The notes beneath the pieces are model-generated. The model did not search any database and had not been told where the DNA came from. It saw only the letters and a program-made list of their open reading frames with translations. A stretch of 63,142 bases of DNA, counting the filler, from Chiloscyllium plagiosum (taxonomy: Eukaryota): assembly GCF_004010195.1 (NCBI RefSeq). It is 4 parts of one record of this genome, joined end to end, with 100 filler letters (N's around TTAATTAATTAA, not from the genome) between each part and the next. Parts side by side here need not be neighbours in the genome. Positions count along the whole stretch, not along the records: positions 1 to 29,690 come from NC_057712.1; 3 more parts are not named here. One strand, written 5' to 3'. The first letter of the stretch is position 1. Each line of letters opens with the position of its first letter. Below are positions 12,545 to 24,250 of the stretch, in pieces. The position numbers were made by a program, and so were the translations under genes.

Positions 12545-14225
12545 TCACCTGGAAGATGAAGTGATTGCTGGGTTTTTTGTTGAGATTTTTGAATCATTGA
12601 TAGTCACAGGTGAGGTGCTGAAAGACTCGAGGTTGGCTAACCTGGTGCCATTATTTAAGAAAGGTGGTAAGGAAAAGCCAGGTAACTTTAAACTGGTGAG
12701 CCTGACATTGGATAAGTTGTGGAGGGAATCCTGAGGGACAAGATTTACACTTATTCGGACAGGCAAGGACTGATTGGGGATAACCAACATGGCTTTGTGT
12801 GTGGGAAATAATGTTTCTCAAACTTGATTGAGTTTTTGGAAGAAGTGATGAAGAGGATTGATGAGGGCAGAGCGATGGCCGTGATTTATATGGACTTGAG
12901 GCAGTTAACAAGGCTTCTCATGGTAGACTGGTTAGCAAGGTTGATCACAGGGAGAACTAGCCGATTTGATACAGAACTGGGACGAAGAGTGAAGACCGAA
13001 GGTAGTGGTGGAGGGTTGCTGTTCAGACTGGAAGCCTGTGACCAGTAGTATGCCACAAGGATTGGTGCTGGGCCATTGGTTTTTGTCATTGATATAACTA
13101 TTTGGATGTGAACGTAGGATGTGTGGTTAGTACATTTACAGATGATACCAAAATTGAAGGTGTGGTGGACAGCAAAGAAGGTTACCTCAGTACACAGGGA
13201 TCTTGATCAGATGGGCCAATGTGCCAAGGAGTGGCAGATGGAGTTTTATTTAGATAATTGTGAAGCGCTGCATTTTGGAAAGGCAAATCAGGGCAGGACT
13301 GTTACATTTAATGGTAAGGTCCTGGGAAGTGTAGCTAAAAAAGTGTGCAGGTTCATAGTTCCTTGAAAGTGGAGTCGCAGGTAGATAGCATAGTGTAGAA
13401 GGTGCTTAGTATACTTTCCTTTATTGGTCAGTGCATTGAGTTGGGAGGTCATGTTGCAGCTGTACAGGATGTTGGTTGGCCACTTGGAATACAGGTAACC
13501 CACACTTTTCAAACATTCGCTTTACGCAATTTTGATTTTAGAAAAGCCCTACATTAGTTTTTGCGAATCTGAAGAGTTTTGCTTTTAAGAAAAACTGTGT
13601 ACTTTTTGCCAAATAAATTGTGCATCTTCGCTTTTATGCCATTTCTGGCTTACAAAAGGTTTCCTGGGAACCCTCTAGTTTTGGATAGCAGGTCTACCGG
13701 TGTTGTATACAATTCTGGTCTCCCTTCTATAGGAAAGATGTTGAGACTTGAAAGGGTTCAGAAAAGATTTACGAGGATGTTGCCAGGGTTGGAGCAATAG
13801 GGAGAAGTTGAATAGGTTGAGGCTGTTTTCCCTGGAGCACCAGAGCTAAGCGGTAATCTTTAGAGGTTTATCAGATCATGAGGCGCATGAGTAAGGTAAG
13901 TAGACAAGGTCTTTTCCCTGAGGTGGGGGAGTCTCGAACTAGAGGACACTGGTTTAGGGTGAGAAGGGAAAGATTTAAAAGGGACCTAAGGGGCAACATT
14001 TTCATGCAGAATGGTGCATGTATCGAATGAGCTGCCAGAGAAAGTGGTGGAGGCTGTTAGAATTAAAAACATTTAATAGACTTGTGGATGGGTATATGAA
14101 TAGGAAGGGTTTAGAGGGATATGTGCCAAGTGCTGGCAAATGGGACTAGATTAGTTTAGGATATCTGGTTGGTATGGATGAGTTGGATCGAAGAGTGTGT
14201 TTACGTGCTGTACATCTGTGACACT
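12545..14225 (+). mobile_element. CR1 (HER1-like) LINE, RT region to 3' tail, interrupted by a MITE
   Basis: ANLVPLFKKGGKEKPGNFKLVSLT, LIEFLEEV...VIYMD, FTDDTKI, LERVQKRFTRMLPGLE; tail ...gctgtacatctgtgac. Confidence 0.9.
13492..13700. mobile_element. About 209-bp Tc1/mariner-pogo-type MITE inserted at a TA inside the CR1
   Basis: Splits the CR1 motif ggaaTA|ttgt..caattctgg. Imperfect TIRs caggtaaccc versus ccggtagacc (7/10). Flanks are TA and TG. Confidence 0.6.
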
Positions 14226-14795
14226 GTCGGGGGTCCCTGGACCCGAAATGTTGACGCTGCTTTCTCTGCGGATGTTGCCAGACCTGCTAAGTTTCTCCAG
14301 CAATTTCTGTTTCTGTTTCAATCCTCTATCGATGTCCTCCTATGAAGGAACCTACCCACTTAACGCTGTATACGTTGCAGTTGCACTCTGCAACCAACAT
14401 CTAGAAACAGCACCCATTCACCAACTCTTAGTCATGGTATTATGGATGGTCCTTAACCCCTAATGTTAACCCTATTAGGCAAAGATTTTAATATTTTGAA
14501 GAACTCCTGGAAAGTTTCCACAGGTTCCTGGGGGTCGGTTTGAGAACCGCTGATTTAATTGAGATATTTAAATCCAATTGGGTTGGAGAGCACAGAATCT
14601 ATGCCTAACCAAGGTAATGCTATCCAGCAGCTTTCATCACAATGGGAAATTTCATCATGAGCTGTCAGCCTTCAATCAAATGGAATGACTGAACCAATTC
14701 AGCTAACACCAGCTTCCTTTTCGATCCAATAAGATTATCCACTATATAACTAAATCAAGACCTTCATGTAAGGGGTTTTGGCAAGTAGGTATAAT

Positions 14796-15007
14796 CAACT
14801 AGGAGAAAGTGAGGACTGCAGATACTGGAGATCAGAGCTGAAAAATGTGTTGCTGGAAAAGCGCAGCAGGTCAGGCAGCATCCAAGGAGCAGGAGAATCG
14901 ACATTTCGGGCATAAACCCTTCTTCAGGAAGGCTTATGCCCGAAACATCAATTCTCCTGCTCCTTGGATGCTGCCTGACCTGCGCTTTTCCAGCAACACA
15001 TTTTTCA
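14796..15007. mobile_element. Palindromic Penelope-derived insertion with 15-bp TSD
   Basis: TSD gcaagtaggtataat at 14781-14795 and 15008-15022; inverted arms about 14837-14920 and 14931-15009. Confidence 0.85.
14900..14927 (-). ncRNA. Minimal type I hammerhead ribozyme motif, antisense to SLC17A5
   Basis: Minus strand CTGAAGA-a-GGGT-ttat-GCCC-GAAA-tg-TC. Confidence 0.6.
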
Positions 15008-15052
15008 GCAAGTAGGTATAATTACAATAACAATCTTTTTTGTTTTGTTTAG

Positions 15053-15200
15053 GTATGGTCGGACCTGCAATTTTCCTAGTTGCTACAGGATATGTGGGGT
15101 GTAACTATACAATGGCCGTGCTATTTCTCTCAATATCTTCTGCCTTGGGTGGTTTCAGCACATCTGGTTTCAATATTAATCATTTGGATATTGCACCATC
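15053..15200 (+). CDS. SLC17A5: Sialin coding exon, exon 9 equivalent, 148 bp
   Basis: ttttgtttag|GT ... TC|gtaagt. Translates (G)[48 protein letters not shown](S); NHLDIAP is an SLC17 signature. Confidence 0.95.
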
Positions 15201-15389
15201 GTAAGTGAACTATTTGAAACTATTGACCCTGTGTTTTCAATCTTCTGCTGAAAAATAAATTAATCTTTCAGTGTCTCCTTTTAATATGAAGAAATCTCTG
15301 AAAAATAATTTTTGAAATTGCCTTCTCTCCAGTTTGAACATGAGCATGAGTTACCCAAGTGAGCGGTCCATCTTATTTTCTTTTATCTT

Positions 15390-16330
15390 TATTCATTGTT
15401 CATGTTATACATTAACAACCTGGATAAAGGAACTGAGGGCATAGTTGTGAAGTTTGCAGACGTTACAAAGATTGGTGGAGGGACAGGTAGTGTTGAGGAA
15501 GCAGGGAGGCTGCAGAAGTACTTGACCAGGTTTGGAGAGTGGGCAAAGAAGTCGCAAATGGAATGCAATGTAGGAAAGTGAGATCATGCACTTTGCTAGG
15601 AAGAACAGAAGTGAAGGTTATTTTCTAAATTGGGAAAGGCTTTGGAAATCTCTAGCAGAAAGGGACTTGGAAGTCCAAGTTCAGGATTCTCTTAATGTTC
15701 AGTTTGCAGTTAGGAAAGCAAATGCAATGTTAGCATTTATTTCAAGAGCAGACATGTACTGATGAGGTTGTATAACATTCTGGTGAGACCGTATTTCGAA
15801 TATTATGAGAGATTTTGAGGCCCGTATCTAAAGAAGAATGTGCTGACATTGGAGGGGTTCCAGAGGAGGTTTAGAAGAATGATCCTGGGATAAAGGACTT
15901 GCCATATGGGCACTTGTGGCCTCTAGGTCTGCACTCCATCCAGTTTAGAAGGGTAAGAGAGATCTCATTGAAACCTGCAGAAAGCTTAAAGGCCAAGATA
16001 AAGTTGACATTGAGAAGATGTTTCCACTAGTAGGAGAGATAAGGACCCGGAGGGCACTGCCTCATAGTGAAAGAACTTTTAGAACTGAGATGAGAAGGAA
16101 TTTCTTCAGCCAGAGCATGATGAATCTGTGAAACTCACTGCTGCAGAAGTCTTTGGAGGCACTCATTGAGTGTATCTAAGACCGAGATAGTTGTTTGACA
16201 GTAAAAGGATCAAGGGTTACAGGGAAAAAGCAGTAGAATGGGGTTAAGAAATATAATGGCCATGATCGAATGGTCGAGCACAGTTAATGGGCTGAATGGC
16301 TTAATTATGCTCTGATATCTTATGATCTTA
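15390..16330 (+). mobile_element. CR1 LINE 3' fragment
   Basis: LFMLYINNLD...KFADVTKIGG RT motif through to the CR1 tail. Confidence 0.85.
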
Positions 16331-16531
16331 TTAGCAGATTTCTAACAATAATGATCAATCACTCAATGGAGTGAGGTGCATAAATCACATGCAGCATCAG
16401 CCATCCTTTCAATCGTTTAAATGTATTTATTCTGCTTTTAATGCAGAAACAATGTCTGATTTGTTGATATTTAGGTTAAATCAGAATTTGTTCATCTGTC
16501 TATGAAAACACCAATATAAGATTCGGATTTA

Positions 16532-19500
16532 AGTCCATAAGATAAAGGAGCAGAAGTTAGGCCATTCAGCCCATCAAACCTGCTCTGCCATTCAATCATG
16601 GCTGTTAAGTTTCTCATCCCCATAATCCTTGATCCCTTGATAATCAAAAACCTATCTATCTCAGTCTTAAATATGCTCAATGACTTGGTCTCCGCAGCCT
16701 TCTGTGCCAATCAATTCCTCAGATTCACCCTCTCTGGCTGAAGAAGTTTTTCCTTGTCTCCGTTCTAAATGGTCTTCCCTTTACTCTCAGGCTGTGCCCT
16801 TGGATCCTAGTCTGTCCAACCAATGGAATCATCTTCCTAACATCCACTCAGTCCAAGCAATTCAGTATTTTGTATGTTTCAATCAGATGTCCCCCTCATG
16901 CTTTTAAACTTCATTGAGTATAAACCCAGTGTCCTCAAATGTTCCTCATAGAGTCATAGAGATGTACAGCATGGAAACAGACCCTTCGGTCCAACCCGTC
17001 CATGCTGATCAGATATCCCAATCCAATCTCGTCTCACCTGCCAGCGCCCGGCTCCTATCTCTCCAAACCCTTCCTATTCATATACCTATCCAAATGCCTC
17101 TTAAATGTTGCAATTGTACCAGCCTCCATCACGTCCTCTGGCAGCTCATTCCATACACGTACCGCCCTCTGTGTGAAAAGTTGCCCTTCAAGTCTCTCTT
17201 ATATCTTTCTCCTCTCACCCTAAACATATGCCCTCTAGTTCTAGACTCCACGACCCCAGGGAAAAGACTTTGTCTATTTATCCTATCCATGCCCCTCATA
17301 ATTTTGTAAACCTTTATAAGGTCACCTCTTAGCCTCCGCTCCAGGGAAAACAGCCCCAGCCTGTTCAGCCTCTCCCTGTAGCTCAGATCCTCCAATCCTG
17401 GCAATATCCTTGTAAATCATTTCTGAACCCTTTCAAGTTCACAACATCCTTCCGATAGGAAGGAGACCAGAATTGCACACAATATTCCAACAGTGGCCTG
17501 ACTTTCCGATAGGAAGGAGACCAGAATTGCACGCAATATTCCAACGGTGGCCTAACCAATGTCCTGTACAACCGCAACGTAACCTCCCACCTCTTGTACT
17601 CAATACTCTGACCAATAAAGGAGACATACCAAACGCCGTCTTCACTATCCTATCTACCTGTGACTCCACTTTCAAGGAGCTGTGAACCTGCACTCCAGGA
17701 TCTCTTTGTTCAGCAACATTCCTGAGGACCTTACCATTAAGTGTATAAGTCCTGCTAAGATTTGCTTTCCCAAAATGCAGCACCTTGCATTTATCTGAAT
17801 TAAACTCCAGCTGCCACTTCTCAGCCCATTGGCCCATCTGGTCCAGATCCTGTTGTAATCTGAGGTAACCCTCTTTGCTATCCACTACACCTCCAGTTTT
17901 GGTGTCATCTGCAAACTTACTAACTGTCCCTCTTATGCTCGCATCCAAATCATTTATGCAAATGACAAAAAGTAGAGGACCCAGCACTGATCCTTGTGGC
18001 ACTCCACTAAGCTTTTCATTCCTGGGACTATTTTTGTGAACCTCCTCTGAACACTCTTGGGCCAGTACATCCTTCCTGAGATATGGAGCCCAAAACTCTG
18101 TATAATACTACAAATATGATATGAAAAGAACCTCAGGAGTACATCCCTGCTTTTATATTCAAGTCTTCTCAAAGTAAATGCCATCATTGCATTTGCTTTC
18201 CTAACTAATGACTCAACCTGCAAGTTTACCTTGAGAGAATCCTGGACTAGAACTCCCAAGTCTCTTTGCACTTCTGAATTTTCTCCCCATCAGAAAATAG
18301 CCTGTGACTCTATTCTTTATACCAAAGTGCATGACTTCACACTTCCTCACTTGTACTCTATCTGCCACTTCTTTGCCCATTCTTCTAAGTGTCCAAATCC
18401 TTCTGCAGCCTCCCCACCACCTCATTGCTACCTGTCCCTCTACCTATTTTTGTATTGTTGGCAAACTTAGCCAGAATACCATCAGTTCGTTCATCTAGAT
18501 TGTTAACGTATAAAGTGAAAATTTGTGGTCCCAACACTGAGCCTTGCAGAACGAGCTCCTGTCCTGAAAAGGACCCTTTTATCCTTGCTCTCTGATTTCT
18601 GCCAGACAGCCAAGTGTCTATCCAGCTAGCACCTTGCCTCTGGCACCTTGGGCTCTTATTTTACTCAGTAGCCTCCTGTGCGGCACATGTCAAAGGCCTC
18701 CTTGAAGTCCAGGTAGGTAACACCCATTGGCTCTCCTTGGTCTAACCTGCTTATTACTTCCTCAAAGAGTTCTGACAGACTTGTTAGGCACAACATCCCT
18801 CTAGAAACCATGGTGATTTTGCCCTATTTTATTGTACACTTCCACATATTCAGAAATCTAAACCTTCACAATGGATTCCAGGATCTTACTCATGACTGAG
18901 ATTAGGCTCATCTGTCTATAATTTTCTGTCTTTTGCCTTACTCCCTTTTTAAACAGGGGTGTCATGTTAGCCATTTTCCAGTCCTCTGGGATCCTTCCTG
19001 ATTCTAGCGATTCCTGAAAGATCACCACTAACACCACTATTATCTCTTCAGCTATCTCCCTTAGAACTCTGGTGTGTAGTCCATCTGGTCCAGATGATTT
19101 ATCCACCTTCAGGCCATTCAGTTTTTCTAGCATCTTCTCCTTGATGGCCACCATATTTCACTCTGCCCCCTCACTCTCTTGAATTTTTGGGCTACTACTC
19201 ATGTCTTTCACAGTGAAGACTGACGTGAAGTAATTCTTCAGTTCTTCAGCCATTTCCTTGCTCCCCACTACTATCTTTCCAGTGTCACTTTCCAGCAGTC
19301 TAAAGTCCACTTTTGCCTCTCTTTTGCCCTTTGTTAGAGTTTCTTTAGATATACAGTCTTCCTTTATATTACTGGCTAGCTTACCCTCACATTTAATCTT
19401 CTCCCTCTTTTTTTTTTGTTGCTCTCTGTTGGTTTTTGTAGGCTTCCCAATCCTCTGGATTCCCACTGCCCTTCACCACATATGCTTTCTATTTTTGCTT

Positions 19501-19990
19501 TTATGTTATCCCTGACTTCTCCAGTCAGCCACAGTTGCCTTGTCCTTCCTGTACCGTGCTGCTTTCCCCTCGGAATGAATCTCTGCTGTGTCTCCTGAAT
19601 TACTTCCAGAAACTCCTGCCATTGATGTTCAACTGTCTTTTGTACTAGGCTCCTCTCCCAGTCAATTCTACCCAGCTCCTCCCTTATGCCTCTGTAGTTG
19701 CCTTTATTCAGCTGTAATACTGTTACCTCTGATTCTATCTTCTCCTGCTCAAATTGCAGAGTAAATTCAATCATGTTATGATCACTGCCCCGAAGGGTTC
19801 CTTCACCTTAAGCTCCCTTATTAAGTCTGCCTTGTTGCACTACACTAAATCCAGTATTGTCTGTTCCCTAGTGGGCTCCACCACAAGCTGCTCCAAAAAT
19901 ATTGCAGACATTCCACAAATTCCTTTTATTGCAATTCACTACCAACCTGATTTTCCCAGTCCACCTACATTTTGAATCCCCCATGATCAC
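16532..19990 (-). mobile_element. Long CR1 LINE (APE end, RT, 3' tail) split by a second CR1 subfamily at 16947-18009
   Basis: Minus ORFs IEFTLQFE..KGNY, KVDKSSGPDGLHTRVLRE..IPEDWKMANMTPLFKKG, QRDLGVLV; host resumes gttcctcata|actaagcttttcattcc across the insert. Confidence 0.9.
16947..18009 (-). mobile_element. Nested 5'-truncated HER1-like CR1 LINE with an internal 54-bp tandem duplication (about 17450-17557)
   Basis: GVPQGSVLGPLLFVICINDLD..KFADDTK; tail ...atctctatgactctatg; [17 protein letters not shown] appears twice. Confidence 0.92.
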
Positions 19991-21830
19991 TGTAACTTTG
20001 CCTTTCCTACGAATCATCTCTCTGTCCTGGTGTATCTTGCTGAGTGGTGATGAGAGAAACAGCATATGAGTCAGTCTGTACAGCTGATGGGATGTGAGTG
20101 TGGGCATGTGGGGCAGGGGAGGAGAAGTTGGTTGGGTAGAGGGGTATGTTTGGTTGTAGCAGAGGAAGGCTTCACTAAGTCCATCACCATGGAATAATGA
20201 ACAGTTTGGTTGAAACCTGTGTGAATACATAAAGTTTTTACTAAGTATATTACATACAGATTTTCATATTTAAATTATGTATTGCATGTGTTAATCTATA
20301 ATATACAGATCAAACTTTACTGCACCACTTTTTTGCTGGCAACGGGTGGTCATGTTTGTTATTTAAAAACAATATTTTTTTGTGCAAGTTCCTTAGCTAT
20401 ATCCCATTAACAAATGTTTATTATTAGTAAGGCCAACCTTTGCTACCCATCCCAAATTGCTCTTAAAGCTGATGGTGAGTTAAAATAGGGTCACATTGAC
20501 AATGCTTTGCAAACAATTTTCCATAGCCTTTTGCTTTACTTTGCATGTACGTAAACCAGCAAGGTCATGTTTTCTTCATCCTGTACTACTTGCACTCTCT
20601 CTGCATTGAATGCTGAAATGCTGAGGTCACGAGTGATTTTATTATGAATGCATTGGTACACCGTTATGATGGTAATAGGCAAACAAAGGGAAAATTAACA
20701 TCTCGACCCGCTTAGTGTATAACTATCCCATTTGAAATTGCCCAAATGCATTTGTATTTCATTATAGACAAATGCTGTAACTACATAATCCCTAAACTCT
20801 CAACTTTTACGCTTTTTTGTTTTTGTCTTTGCCATTTTCAACCTGATTATTGTTCACTTTACCTGAAAGAGGCTGAGATCGTTAAGCTGGATGTTGATTA
20901 TTAACAGGAAGGTACATATTTGCACACAAGGATTAGTGATCACACCATTTAGAAGATACACCTGTAGAAAATATAGTTGCCAGGCTCTCATTAATGTCAT
21001 TGATATTCCCAAAATATCTCGAATATGGCAATTTTTTCATCCAATACAACGCCTAGGTATCAACCACTTCAATGAGCTATTGAAAACTCTCCTCTCCATT
21101 TTCAACAAATGCCCCAAACCTATAACTTTTTTGAAATTTCTAAGATTTTTAATAAAAAAACACAACTGCTGTTTCTTCCCTACCTTTGTTTGTTGCTATA
21201 AGGCTGCCCAAAAATAGACTATATGATAATTTTTCAATATATTGTCTTAAAATTCCACTTGAAGAGACATTGTAGTATCTGCACTTTGGAACATTTGTAA
21301 CCTCAAGCTTCTTTATGCATTATTTTCCTTTCCAGGGAAATGGGGGAAGGTGGGTAGAGGGGGGAAGAGGGAGGGCAATTGAGGGACAGACAATTATACA
21401 TGTATCTGTCTAAGGAAAACTGAATAAATATTTGAGGTGGATGACTTTATTCTGATTTCTGTGATAAGAGTTTAGGACAGAGCCTGCTTGTGTTTATAGT
21501 TTATAGTTCCGCAAGCTTCTCTCTCTCTCTAGGATGACCAAATCGCCGTCACTTAGTTATTCACTGTTCAGCATCGCATATATTAGGAGCTGATTGAAGT
21601 AATAAGATTTACACTACCACTTTGATCATTGTGATTAGTGTTCCAGTGTTCACTACCATTGTACTACCCAGTCCAGAGTTTGTTGTTGGTTGAACACAGA
21701 ACCAATCTGGCGTTGGAATCTTTTTCTCCAGTCATCAAATATATTATTGAGTAATGTTTTGGAGGGGAACAGAAAATCTTTAACTTTTGCAGTTTTTTGA
21801 ATACACATTTATTATGGAAATTAAATTTGA

Positions 21831-21968
<138 letters not shown>

Positions 21969-22534
21969 TGAGAAATCTTGCACTGTGAACTTCCACGTTC
22001 AGCAAACTATTTTGGCCTGTATTTGTATGTTTGAAAACAATGAAATAAACAGTTGTTTCAAATAAATCACAGGGCAAACAAAACATCGCATCTTCTTTCA
22101 AATAAATATTATTTACATAATTTTAGAATTTAGTTCGAGTCGTGGAAATTATTGTATAATGTTATCAATTTAGCAGTTTGAAATGCTGAGTCACTGAGCT
22201 AGAAAATCATATTTGTCTGTTAAGTAGAACTGTCCTGAATAAAGCAGCATGATTTATCATAAAGAAATGCTTCTAATTTGATAATATGCAAGACCATCCA
22301 GTGAAATTTCCTTTGTATTTAATGAAGTCACTGTTACACTGTTATGAAATCAAACTGTTCACAAAATTAGTTTATAATATATTTATCTTATAAGGATTAT
22401 GCTGCTGTCTTCTCACAAACTAACATTGCTAATGACAAGAGGATTTGCCTGTTCATTTTAAATTTAATAGATTCTGCAGATGCTTTCTTAATCAGAATTA
22501 GTGTTTATTTTTGCTTTTCTCTTTTACTCCACAG

Positions 22535-22654
22535 CATACAATTGCACAATGGCGAACTGTATTCTACATTGCTGCTGCTATTGATATATTTGGTGCTGTG
22601 TTTTTCACCATTTTTGGAAAAGGTGAAATCCAGTCTTGGGCAATTAATAACTAA
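22535..22654 (+). CDS. SLC17A5: Sialin terminal coding exon including stop codon
   Basis: Polypyrimidine tract then acag|CAT. Translates [39 protein letters not shown]. Confidence 0.95.
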   Translation, partial: HTIAQWRTVFYIAAAIDIFGAVFFTIFGKGEIQSWAINN

Positions 22655-22934
22655 ATATTTTGCCTGTGACCTTTTGTACTTAAATCATGTGACCTAAAAG
22701 TGCCTCTGTCCATTGTTATATTGCCATGTGACCTGGACTTACTCATTGTCCTTTACATTGCTGATCTTTTCTTTTCTTACTGCCAACAATAGTTAGCAGA
22801 TTATCTAATTGTATCCCCCTATCATGCTTAATCCATGAATTCTACTTTAAAAAAAGTTAACAAAGTATTTTTGTGCAAATTTTAAATGCTGAAACTGAAC
22901 ATGTACAACTTTCGAAACTGTCCATAAATTGGTT

Positions 22935-22948
22935 AATAAAGGAATAAA
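22935..22948 (+). terminator. Candidate SLC17A5 polyadenylation signals (two tandem AATAAA)
   Basis: AATAAA at 22935 and 22943, about 280 nt after the stop codon; usage cannot be shown from sequence. Confidence 0.45.
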
Positions 22949-23969
22949 ATAGACTATTAGTGAAAAATCATCTATTTAGTCATTATTATAGAGTTATAGT
23001 CATACAACATGGAAACAGATCTTTTGGTCCAACTATTCATGCTGACCATGGTTAGATATCAATTTTTGTTCCTGGTATAAAATGTGATGTCTTGCATTTA
23101 TAACAATGACCAGATTGGTCCTTTAACTTACTGATCAAATGGATTTCCTGATGACAAGAATCATTGTGAAATAACACTGCCTTTAATTTTAAGACTGTCA
23201 TTGTGAAACCCACATTTGTGTCAAGTACAGTCCAATTTGTATATTGATAATCAAACAATGCATCCAACTGTATGCTATCATGATAGATTCAGACCAGTAA
23301 ACTGAAGAGAAAGATGGCATCAAGCTAAAAGAAAAACCCTGCACAGACATAAAGTGGAAATCCAGTAGACAGGGAGAACTAGAAAAAGCAAGACTGGGGA
23401 AATAAAGGAATATGAAAGAAATTAGACAGGTAGAATTATTAAACAAATATTATATATTTTCCACATAAACTAGGATAAACTATAAAGAATAATGGTATAA
23501 CGGAACTTAAAATTACATGAATGAGGTAAACATTTTAATGGTGTAAATTTTGTGCTGAAATCAAACAGCATCTACAATTTCCAAACTTTGTAATTTATTT
23601 AATAAAGGAATTAAATGGTACACACTTAATAATTTGTACATTTTGGGGTGTAGGTCAACCTTGAAGCTTCAAAATTGTGGGTTTGACTTGTATGCCCAAA
23701 GTATAATTAAACTGCGAGCATGGTTGTGGTCATTTTCAAATGTGATTGGCATTTAATGCAGCGGGCATGACTTAAACTTCCAAGTGTCTTTGCAACATTG
23801 TCTGGTTATGCCCAGGGAAAAGATACCAGTAAAAGAAAATGTGCATTTGTGGGATGAAATATTTAAGGCTGAGTGCTACTCATGTCAGTATAGCATGTCA
23901 TGGCTGGAAAGGGGGACCAACCTGTTTAAGTACATGCAAAATCAGTTTTGGGGCTGAAGAATGTGATAT

Positions 23970-24250
23970 TAGAACATAGAATGGTATGGCACAGGGACAG
24001 GCACTTCAGCCCATCACTTCTGCACTGACCATGATGCCAATCTAAACGAATTACGTCTGCCTGCACACTGTCTGTATCACTATATTCCCTGCCCGTTCAT
24101 GTGTTTGTCTAAATGTCCGTTGAATATTGTTCTTGTATCTGCTTCTACCACCTCCCCTGGCAGTGTGTTCAAGGTTCCTACCACCATGTGTTTAAAAATA
24201 AAACTGCCACACGCCTTTAAACATTTACCCTCTCACCCTTAAACCTAGCA
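23970..24250 (-). mobile_element. CR1 LINE 3' tail fragment
   Basis: agaacatagaa...ggcacttcagcccatca...cttctaccacctcccctggcagt, matching CR1 3' ends elsewhere in the window. Confidence 0.7.

Noticed and set aside
23640..23960. Possible Tigger/pogo DNA transposon remnant
   Set aside because: Too degenerate; no TIR pair or transposase motif could be supported.
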